From: Acholeplasmatales bacterium
GTDB taxonomy: Bacteria; Bacillota_I; Bacilli_A; Acholeplasmatales; Anaeroplasmataceae
NCBI GenBank assembly: GCA_016288855.1
Contig: JAEELJ010000028.1
Coordinates: 379 to 64,378 of the forward strand
DNA: 64,000 nucleotides
Direction of reading: 5' to 3'
Made by a program: the position numbers and the translations under genes
Notes under the pieces: generated by a model
Told to the model about the DNA's origin: nothing
Database searches by the model: none
Seen by the model: only the letters and a program-made list of their open reading frames with translations
In this document: positions 9,313-17,196 of the stretch, in pieces
How positions within the stretch are numbered: position 1 is the first letter of the stretch
Layout: each line of letters begins with the position of its first letter

Positions 9313-10209
9313 CTACTTGTTAGTATATTTATCAGGTAATTTTTTAGAAACAGCTAATGCTACTGCACCTGGTCCAATATGACATGATACTGATAATGAT
9401 AATGGGTTAACTACAATATCTGTTACACCAAAGTGTTCTTTAACCATTGCCTTAAATCCCATTGCATCAGTTGTATCTGTACCAGCATATGCAATTTCAT
9501 AGTTAACATTATCAGTTCTACCATCTAAATCCTTTAAGAATCCATTAACATCCTTTTCAATTGCATCAATCATAATTTTTTCAGCATTATCTAATGATCT
9601 ATTTCTCATTCTATACTTATCAAGCTTTTCACCTTCAATAATCAATACAGGCTTAAGTTTTAGCATTCCACCTAATGCTGCTGCAGTTGGAGTAATTCTT
9701 CCACCCTTCTTTAAGTAAGTTAGAGTATCAACCATAATATAGATTACACTTTGGAATTTTACTTCAATTAAAATATCATGAATTTCTTTTCCAGTATATC
9801 CTTTAGATGCTAATTCTATTGCATCTAAAACACTTTGACGCTGTGTAACAGAAATTCTTTGGTTATTAACAACAAATACCTTACCATTATAATTTGCTTC
9901 TGCGTATTGTGTTGCTGTCTCACAAGATTTTGATAATCCAGAAGACATAGGTATATAAACTACTGAATCATATTCTTCTAATAATTCATCCCAAATTGTT
10001 GCAACATATGCAATTGAAGGCTGTGATGTTGAAACTTGTGCATCCCCTTCAAGTTTCTTATAAAACTCTTCTTGAGTTAAATTAATATCTTCAAGATATT
10101 CTTCACCATCAATTGTAAAAGGCATTGGTACTACCCTAATACCAAGCTTTTTTCCTTCTTCTTGAGTTATACCAGAATTTGAATCAGTTAAAATTGCTAC
10201 TCTTTCCAT
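9313..10209 (-). CDS. DegV family fatty-acid-binding protein
   Basis: The N-terminus VAILTDSNSGITQEEGKKLGIRVVPMPFTIDGEEYLED and the 298-aa length are typical of DegV. Confidence 0.85.
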   Translation of the reverse strand: MERVAILTDSNSGITQEEGKKLGIRVVPMPFTIDGEEYLEDINLTQEEFYKKLEGDAQVSTSQPSIAYVATIWDELLEEYDSVVYIPMSSGLSKSCETATQYAEANYNGKVFVVNNQRISVTQRQSVLDAIELASKGYTGKEIHDILIEVKFQSVIYIMVDTLTYLKKGGRITPTAAALGGMLKLKPVLIIEGEKLDKYRMRNRSLDNAEKIMIDAIEKDVNGFLKDLDGRTDNVNYEIAYAGTDTTDAMGFKAMVKEHFGVTDIVVNPLSLSVSCHIGPGAVALAVSKKLPDKYTNK

Positions 10210-10226
10210 AAGTTCTCCTTCTAATT

Positions 10227-10243
10227 ATGTCAACAGTTGACAT
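10227..10243. promoter_or_regulatory. perfect palindrome ATGTCAAC-A-GTTGACAT, candidate operator
   Basis: 17-bp inverted repeat lying 6 nt upstream of the degV RBS. Confidence 0.3.
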
Positions 10244-10544
10244 ATCTAAACACGTACATAGATATTATATCAATCACCATATAAAATGTCAAACTAGTTT
10301 TACATAATAGATATTTTCATTAGAAAAAATAAAAGTATAAATTCCTAAAATTAGTAATTTATACTTTGGGGATGCGGACATTTTTTTAGACTAATTATAT
10401 AATATATTAACTTATTTTAGTATATATATTTTCCTATTAATTTAGCCATTTATTTAGTAGATTAATTCATTTAATTATCTTTTTACTAAAAAATGTAACG
10501 TGCAAAACATCTATATAGTGTAATTTACTTTAGTCAAATAAATA

Positions 10545-11129
10545 TTATAAATCTTTTACATCCGCATCAATAGAATCATTTCTTTTTGATGATTGAAATT
10601 CTTGATTATTGTTATTATCAATTTGCTTCATATATTTTATAGATATAATTATATCTAATATACCATAGAACACAATAATTGCACCTATAATTATAGTTAC
10701 AACCTTTAATATATCATCTAATGCAAAACTAAATAATAGTAATAAGATACCTACTATTAATAATGGTAATTCATTTTTAAATCTTTCTTTTTTATTTAAA
10801 GAAATTATTATTCTTAATATTGGGAATAATATTAAGTATATAGCAACAATAATTATTACTGCTTGATTATCATTATTTAAGAAAATAATACCTAATATGA
10901 TACCCATTATTTCAAATAATAAATTAAACCATAAGTATTTTAAATTCTTTTCTAATAATGTTTCAATTAAAAATAATGAATTAATTAATATTAATAATAC
11001 ACCAATAATAACAAATACTATATTCTTTAATGTATCAAACGCAAATATACTTAATAAAATTAATGCTGCACCAAATAATATAGATATAATACCTGATAAT
11101 ATACCACTACTTTTATTTATTACTGTCAT
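10545..11129 (-). CDS. small multi-TM membrane protein (HdeD/DUF308-like?)
   Basis: 194 aa with about 6 hydrophobic segments and an acidic/Asn-rich tail. Overlaps the upstream gene by 4 nt. Confidence 0.5.
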   Translation of the reverse strand: MTVINKSSGILSGIISILFGAALILLSIFAFDTLKNIVFVIIGVLLILINSLFLIETLLEKNLKYLWFNLLFEIMGIILGIIFLNNDNQAVIIIVAIYLILFPILRIIISLNKKERFKNELPLLIVGILLLLFSFALDDILKVVTIIIGAIIVFYGILDIIISIKYMKQIDNNNNQEFQSSKRNDSIDADVKDL

Positions 11130-12124
11130 AATATCTCCTTATCTAGCATTTTTAATGCTTCCTTTAATCTAATAGATTTTGATTTAACAAAATCATTAGA
11201 TTTAAATATATTAATAAAGTTAGTTTTATTAAGCCACATATATTCTATTGTCTCCCCATCTTGTAGCTTTAAAGAGTCTTCATCAATATCTGTTTTAGCT
11301 AAATATACATAGTATAATACCATATATCCTAATCTATCTTTAGTATTATTATGGATTTTATATAAGAACTTAATTGATTTAGCATCAATTGAAGTTTCTT
11401 CTTTTAATTCCCTCCTTGCACAATCCTCTTCATCTTCACCATAAGATATTGCACCACCAGTAACCTCTAGCATATTAGGGTTTGTTTTTTTATCTTTAGC
11501 TCTTCTTGTTACTAAGAATCTATTAGTTTTAGTATTATATGTGATAATATCACATACACCTCTATATATATTAGGATATTTTGCTTCTTCACCTCTTAAG
11601 ATATATTCATTTTTTATTTCTCTTAATGATGAATCATATATTTTTAGTTTTTCTACATTAGATATATAATCACTTTTTAATATTTGATAAATATTATCTA
11701 ATTTATTAAATTTATTATTTATTAATGCATCAATAAATAAATTATCATTTGTATCAAATGTAATAATATCTAAGCTTATATCTAAAAATAAGAATCTTAC
11801 TATCTCTCTTATTATATTAGATATTATTAATAATTCTCTATTAGTATTTGATATAACTAAAGATAAGCTAGATTTATTATCTAATATTTTAATACCTAAT
11901 ATACCAACTATCTTATTTCCTCTAACTATTTTAAGATATTCGTTAGAGGAAATATAGTAATCTAATTTTTGCTTCGCATCAATTTTAGATTTAAAATGAT
12001 CAAATGAATTACTATCTAAGTAAGATAACTTGCCAAATTGAAATAATAGATCTAAATCTAATTTATCAAAAGGTTTTATTTCTACTTCATTAGTTAATAA
12101 ATTATGTATTGAATAATTTATCAT
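11126..12124 (-). CDS. NUDIX hydrolase with a degenerate GNAT-like N-terminal domain
   Basis: Nudix box GGAISYGEDEEDCARRELKEETSI in the C-terminal half. The N-terminal half has a GNAT-like beta-alpha pattern without a clear acetyl-CoA P-loop. Confidence 0.75.
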   Translation of the reverse strand: MINYSIHNLLTNEVEIKPFDKLDLDLLFQFGKLSYLDSNSFDHFKSKIDAKQKLDYYISSNEYLKIVRGNKIVGILGIKILDNKSSLSLVISNTNRELLIISNIIREIVRFLFLDISLDIITFDTNDNLFIDALINNKFNKLDNIYQILKSDYISNVEKLKIYDSSLREIKNEYILRGEEAKYPNIYRGVCDIITYNTKTNRFLVTRRAKDKKTNPNMLEVTGGAISYGEDEEDCARRELKEETSIDAKSIKFLYKIHNNTKDRLGYMVLYYVYLAKTDIDEDSLKLQDGETIEYMWLNKTNFINIFKSNDFVKSKSIRLKEALKMLDKEIL

Positions 12125-13881
12125 AGCATTCCCTCTTTCATTTCAAGTAATTCTAAATATCTTGTAGATTTTATATCTATTTCATTAGATAGCGTATCTA
12201 TTTCTTCTTGATGCTTAATCAAAGCTTCAAAGTCTATTGGTGAGATAGAATTATCTTCTTTTAGATTTTTTAGTTTTTCTTCTAGGTTGGGGATTTCACG
12301 TTCTAAATCCTTAAGCTCATTTTCTAATTTAGAAGGGAATTTGTTTTTCTTTTTTAATTCCTTTTGTTCCTTATATGATAAATTCTTAGTATTATCATTT
12401 AACTTAGTCTCTTGATTATCTTCTTCTAAATATTCACTAAAGCTTTTTAATGATTCATCTATATGTGAATTATTAAATATGAATAATCTATTACATATTT
12501 TATCTAAGAAATATCTATCATGAGATACTACTAATATAGGTCCATTAAATGATAATAAATAATCCTCTAATATTTCTAATGTATAAATATCTAAATCATT
12601 TGTTGGTTCATCAAATAATAATATATTTGGATTAGATGATAATACTCTTACAAGTTGTAATCTTCTTTTTTCTCCACCTGATAGAGTTTTAACCTTAGAA
12701 TATTGTAGGTTAGAATCAAATAAAAAGCGTTCTAATAAGGTTTTTGCATCAATTGTTCCTTCTAGTGTTTCAATTAAGCTTCTTTCTTCTTTAATGTAGT
12801 CAATTACTCTTATTTCAGGATCAATTAATTCCATATGTTGGGAAAAATATCCTATTTTTAATGTTTCACCAACAACAAGTTCACCACTTGAAAGCTTTTC
12901 TTCACCCATTAATATTTTAAATAATGTTGTCTTACCCGCACCATTATCACCAACAACACCAATAATATCATCTTTATTTAAATCAAAAGTAAAATCATTA
13001 AATAATACCTTATCACCAAATGATTTAGAACCATTTTTCATTGAAATAAGCTTTTTACCAATTCTAACATCAAGGCTTGATAAAGACATTTCTTGTCTTT
13101 CGTTAAATTTGATTTCACTCATTTCTTCAAATTTTTTAATTCTATATTTTTGTTTAGTTCTTCTAGCCTCAACGCTTCTTCCCATCCATTCTTTTTCTTT
13201 TTTTAGAATGGCTTTTAATTTCTTTTGCGCTGTTGCTTCTCTTTCTAATCTTTCTGCCTTAAGATCTAAGAAATTAGTATAATTTGCTTGATATGTATAT
13301 GTTTTACCAAAGTCAAGTTCTAGCATTTTAGTGCATATTCTTTCTAAGAAATATCTATCATGTGTAACCATGATTAATGCTTTCTTAAATTTAATTAAGT
13401 ACTTTTCTAACCAGCATATTAGCTCATTATCTAGATGGTTTGTTGGTTCATCTAATATTAATACATCACATTTAGTTACTAAAACCTTAGCTAAGGCAAC
13501 TCTTTTAAGTTGTCCTCCTGAAAAGTTAATGGTAGTAATATTAGGATCATTAAATCCCATCTTTGATAGCATTGATACTGCCTCATATTCTAATATAGGA
13601 TAATCCTTAGTTGACTCTTCCATTACTATTTCTAATAATGTTTTATCTTTATCAAATATAGGTGTTTGACATAAATAATTAATTCTAGTACCACCAGATA
13701 TAGTTATTGTACCTGAAAGTGGTGTAAGCTCACCTATAATAAGCTTTAAAAGAGTTGATTTACCTGTACCATTAACTCCAACAACACCAATTTTATCTCC
13801 ATCCTCTATAGAAAATGATGCACCATCTAGGATAAAACGTTCAATATATTTAAATTTAACATTATCAAATGTAATATTCAT
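12121..13881 (-). CDS. ABC-F family ATPase (Uup/EttA-like translation factor)
   Basis: Two ABC cassettes (GVNGTGKST / FSGGQLKR, GDNGAGKTT / LSGGEKRR), no TM domain and a C-terminal coiled-coil tail. Confidence 0.85.
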   Translation of the reverse strand: MNITFDNVKFKYIERFILDGASFSIEDGDKIGVVGVNGTGKSTLLKLIIGELTPLSGTITISGGTRINYLCQTPIFDKDKTLLEIVMEESTKDYPILEYEAVSMLSKMGFNDPNITTINFSGGQLKRVALAKVLVTKCDVLILDEPTNHLDNELICWLEKYLIKFKKALIMVTHDRYFLERICTKMLELDFGKTYTYQANYTNFLDLKAERLEREATAQKKLKAILKKEKEWMGRSVEARRTKQKYRIKKFEEMSEIKFNERQEMSLSSLDVRIGKKLISMKNGSKSFGDKVLFNDFTFDLNKDDIIGVVGDNGAGKTTLFKILMGEEKLSSGELVVGETLKIGYFSQHMELIDPEIRVIDYIKEERSLIETLEGTIDAKTLLERFLFDSNLQYSKVKTLSGGEKRRLQLVRVLSSNPNILLFDEPTNDLDIYTLEILEDYLLSFNGPILVVSHDRYFLDKICNRLFIFNNSHIDESLKSFSEYLEEDNQETKLNDNTKNLSYKEQKELKKKNKFPSKLENELKDLEREIPNLEEKLKNLKEDNSISPIDFEALIKHQEEIDTLSNEIDIKSTRYLELLEMKEGML

Positions 13882-13936
13882 AATTAAAAACCTCGAAGTA
13901 ATTATATCACATATAACAATTATCTTTAAGAAAAAA

Positions 13937-13958
13937 ATTACGGGATCATTCCCGTAAT
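13937..13958 (-). terminator. intrinsic terminator
   Basis: ATTACGGGA-TCAT-TCCCGTAAT hairpin followed by U7 on the minus strand. Confidence 0.65.
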
Positions 13959-13964
13959 TATAGT

Positions 13965-14006
13965 TTACTTCAAAGTTACTTCAAAGTCTTTTTGAAGTAA
14001 CTTCAA
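13965..14006. repeat. array of the palindromic 10-mer ACTTCAAAGT (downstream flank of the regulator gene)
   Basis: TTACTTCAAAGTTACTTCAAAGTCTTTTTGAAGTAACTTCAA. This is near-identical to part of the array at 15469-15537. Confidence 0.8.
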
Positions 14007-14009
14007 TAT

Positions 14010-15449
14010 CTAATTCTTTTTTATTAACTCATTATTTGTTATATATACATTTTTATTAGAAATAGAATTTTCAATTATAAAACCTTGACTAATCAAATTA
14101 CCTAATATTTCTTTTCTAAAAAATGTTGAATTTGAAATGCCTAAATGTGTAGTAATTTCTTTAACACTTCTCTTTTGATTATAGCAATAAGTTAATATTT
14201 TTATATCATATTTACTTTGATTTTCTATTTTTTTAATTAAAGAAATTGCATCATCATCTAGGCTTACACCTAAATCACAAGTTAGGTCAGGTAATACAAT
14301 TGAAAATTGATTATTCTTAGAAAATATAAATGGTTTATGTAATTCATCCGCCTCAATATAATCTTCTTCAATCTTTTCAAAACCTGTTCCCTTAGCTTCC
14401 ATAACATTGCATAATACGAACACATTACAAATAAGTTCGTTCCTTCTTCTTGAAATAATAGAACTTAGATTATATGTTTTTGCTACTTCGCCATAATTAT
14501 AAAAAGATCCTGGGGATGTTATTACAATTCTATTATAAAAAATATCAACATTAATTTGAGTTCCCTCAAGCAAATAATCTCTATGCGCTAAAGCATTTAC
14601 TAATGCCTCAAATAAACTTCTTCTTGGGTAAGCAACTATATTTTTTCTTCCTGTATCTTCTTTAATAAATCCTTGATTAGTTCTTGAAATAATATAGTCT
14701 AATGCAAAATTTAAAGAATCAATTAAATTGCCATTAAATTCATTACTAGATATAATCTTGTCATCACCTCTAGTAATACCTTGATATAAAGAGCATACTA
14801 TTTTAGTTTTATTACCAGAATAATTATCTAAGAATAATTCCGAACCCTTAAATAATTTTTTTTCTTTACTAAAAAAGGAAATATTCCCAAGCATTTTCTC
14901 AGTTAAAACTTTATTTGTTTTTTCATTATAAAAAGATTTTAATTTTGAAAATTCATTAAAATCAAAGTCTATATTAGTTTTATCTGTATCAAATTTTGGA
15001 ACAGAATAATTCTTTGACATATAAATGATTTCTTCAGTTGTAGCTGAGCTTGTAAAACCATCTCTTCTAACAAATATCAAAGGCATACCATCAAATTTCA
15101 AAATAATAGGTTTTATCTTACTTTCAAATATTGTCACCTTTAAAATATACCTTTTACTTTCTTTTATAATATAAGGAATTATTTCAGTTGAAATCTCTAA
15201 CATTGTATCAAAATGCTCATTCACCTCATGAAACAAAAAATTCTTTTCATTATCTATTTCTTTTTTTTCAAATCCAATAAGTTTTGTCGTCTTATCCTCT
15301 ACACCAATGAAAAAATTACCACCACTGCTATTTGCGAAACCTGCAATGCTTTTTAACCAACTTAGTTTGTTACTTCTATCTAATCTAGCTTTAAACTCAG
15401 CATTACCATTTTCAAAGATATCATCATTAATTATCTCATTTAATAACAT
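14010..15449 (-). CDS. Schlafen/AlbA_2-domain ATP-binding protein with a C-terminal wHTH (putative transcriptional regulator)
   Basis: N-terminal ENGNAEFKARL...WLKSIAGFANSSGGNFFIGVED (AlbA_2 / divergent AAA). Central ALVNALAHRDY (HATPase_c_4-like). C-terminal SVKEITTHLGISNSTFFRKEILGNLISQGFI (wHTH). Confidence 0.7.
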   Translation of the reverse strand: MLLNEIINDDIFENGNAEFKARLDRSNKLSWLKSIAGFANSSGGNFFIGVEDKTTKLIGFEKKEIDNEKNFLFHEVNEHFDTMLEISTEIIPYIIKESKRYILKVTIFESKIKPIILKFDGMPLIFVRRDGFTSSATTEEIIYMSKNYSVPKFDTDKTNIDFDFNEFSKLKSFYNEKTNKVLTEKMLGNISFFSKEKKLFKGSELFLDNYSGNKTKIVCSLYQGITRGDDKIISSNEFNGNLIDSLNFALDYIISRTNQGFIKEDTGRKNIVAYPRRSLFEALVNALAHRDYLLEGTQINVDIFYNRIVITSPGSFYNYGEVAKTYNLSSIISRRRNELICNVFVLCNVMEAKGTGFEKIEEDYIEADELHKPFIFSKNNQFSIVLPDLTCDLGVSLDDDAISLIKKIENQSKYDIKILTYCYNQKRSVKEITTHLGISNSTFFRKEILGNLISQGFIIENSISNKNVYITNNELIKKN

Positions 15450-15468
15450 TGTATCACCTCAAAATCAT

Positions 15469-15537
15469 TTTACTTCAAAGTTACTTCAAAGTCAACTTCA
15501 AAGTCACTTCAAAGTCTTTTTGAAGCAACTTCAAAGT
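15469..15537. repeat. array of five or six copies of the palindromic 10-mer ACTTCAAAGT at 11-12 bp spacing (upstream flank of the regulator gene)
   Basis: TTTACTTCAAAGTTACTTCAAAGTCAACTTCAAAGTCACTTCAAAGTCTTTTTGAAGCAACTTCAAAGTC. Confidence 0.8.
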
Positions 15538-15540
15538 CCC

Positions 15541-15572
15541 AAAACAAAAGAAAGTGACTCGATTGAGTCACT
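15541..15572 (-). terminator. intrinsic terminator ending surface-protein operon 2
   Basis: AGTGACTC-GATT-GAGTCACT hairpin overlapping the stop codon, followed on the minus strand by UUCUUUUGUUUU. Confidence 0.6.
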
Positions 15573-16350
15573 AATCTTGTTGCTCAGGCATATCACATGA
15601 TAATGAGATTCTATACTGAGGCAATATAAAATTTGTATAAGTTTGTGTAGCTTCTGGTGTTTCTCTTATTTGTAGCCATAAGTCTAGTCTACCTACAGAT
15701 AAACTACCAGTTGTTGCTTCTATAACCATATCTTCTTCTAATGGATTTAAATTAAAATCTTGATATGTATATACTCCATTATTTTCCTGACAGAAATTTG
15801 TCCATGATGTAAATGTTACATTGTTTGAAGTATCAACAATACCTATTCTTGCATCAAAATCCTTTAATGAATTTGGAACTGGGGTATAATCACTATCAGC
15901 ATCAAATCCAAATGTTAATGTATTATCTAAGCCAACATAATTTGTTACTTCAAATTTAAATGTATAAACCTTACTTGGACAAACATTCTCTAATGTAACT
16001 GTATTTAGTAGGTTTGCAGATGAGTCGTATGATAAAGCGTAACGTTGATCTACATAATTAAATGAATAATCTTCACTATGATACTTTTGCTGATAAGCTA
16101 CATAAGCTTCAGCCTCAGGATTATAATATTTATCTACATTAGCTAGGCTTTGCTTATCAGGTACACCATTAAAGTTAGTATCATTAGCTTTATATAATGT
16201 TACCATTGAGTCAATTTGTAAGATATCAAAGCTCATATCCTTAACTCTATCTTGGTTTATATACCATGCAGTAACTAAGCTTATCAAAGTAGTAAGGGTA
16301 ATAGCTAATGCTGAAAATTCCAATACTATTTTAATTATTCTCTTTTTCAT
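15571..16350 (-). CDS. TasA/camelysin-sized exported protein with a SipW-type-like leader (operon 2, gene 4)
   Basis: 259 aa. Leader MKKRIIKIVLEFSALAITLTTLISLVTA|WYINQDRV. Tightly packed behind 16382..17173. The fold assignment is inference only. Confidence 0.6.
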   Translation of the reverse strand: MKKRIIKIVLEFSALAITLTTLISLVTAWYINQDRVKDMSFDILQIDSMVTLYKANDTNFNGVPDKQSLANVDKYYNPEAEAYVAYQQKYHSEDYSFNYVDQRYALSYDSSANLLNTVTLENVCPSKVYTFKFEVTNYVGLDNTLTFGFDADSDYTPVPNSLKDFDARIGIVDTSNNVTFTSWTNFCQENNGVYTYQDFNLNPLEEDMVIEATTGSLSVGRLDLWLQIRETPEATQTYTNFILPQYRISLSCDMPEQQD

Positions 16351-16381
16351 ATTAAATTCCCCTTTCTACAATAAATTTTAA

Positions 16382-17173
16382 TTAGAACATTAAGTATACA
16401 CTACCAATTCTAAATCTCTTTCTAGATAATAGGTTACCATATGAAACAGTTGATTGACCTATTAATTGGTAATATTGAGTGAAGTCTTCACTTATTCTAA
16501 AAGTGTAATATAAAGCTTCGTAGCTATTTAGCCAAGTATGATGTAATAAATCAACTTCTACAGTTTCTGGATCATTTTGGCTAATATTATAAGAACTAAA
16601 CCAAGTAAAATCAGATGCAGGAGTGAAATTAGCTGGAGTTTCTCCTTCTCCATCTTTTAAAGACATACTCTTATATTTAAATGCACCTGTTACATAGTGA
16701 GTATAATCTACTCCATTGTAATCAACCTTAAATGAGTCAGCAATGATATTTTTTAATTTTAAATTATAATTATATCCATCACATTGACTATCCATATAAT
16801 ATCCTAGTGTAATATCTACATATTCACCTGGTAATAATTCTGTAATTGAGAAGTAAGTATCTTCTTCAAATGTAGTAATAGTTGTAATAGTACCTGTAGA
16901 TGCATCATAAATAACTTGCTTTGTAAGTAATAATGAACCATCACTTTGCTTAGTATAAGTATTTTCTTCTGTACTTCCACTTAAGCCATATCTTTTTGCT
17001 GTAACTGTATCCTTAAAATGTATACAATCCTCAGATGCAGTCATACCAGTTATTCCTGTTGCTTTTACAGTGTCATTTGCTGTATACCATGCAAAGATTA
17101 CGAAAACTAGTAAGAATAAGCATATTAACATAGATATTATACTTGATATTAAATTAAAACGTGTATTCTTCAT
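16382..17173 (-). CDS. TasA/camelysin-sized exported protein with a SipW-type-like leader (operon 2, gene 3)
   Basis: 263 aa. Leader ...LLVFVIFA|WYTANDTVKATGITG, nearly identical in motif to 42007..42735. Internal ITELLPGEYVDITLGYY resembles the TasA-family xxPGDxxxxxF strand. Confidence 0.6.
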   Translation of the reverse strand: MKNTRFNLISSIISMLICLFLLVFVIFAWYTANDTVKATGITGMTASEDCIHFKDTVTAKRYGLSGSTEENTYTKQSDGSLLLTKQVIYDASTGTITTITTFEEDTYFSITELLPGEYVDITLGYYMDSQCDGYNYNLKLKNIIADSFKVDYNGVDYTHYVTGAFKYKSMSLKDGEGETPANFTPASDFTWFSSYNISQNDPETVEVDLLHHTWLNSYEALYYTFRISEDFTQYYQLIGQSTVSYGNLLSRKRFRIGSVYLMF

Positions 17174-17196
17174 AGTTTTCTCCTTTCTTCACATTT

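Noticed and set aside
15469-15537. Possible CRISPR array or tandem-repeat locus (ACTTCAAAGT repeats).
   Set aside because: The units are 10-12 bp and directly abutting, with no spacers of 25-40 bp. No cas genes are nearby. They are better explained as operator or iteron-like sites.
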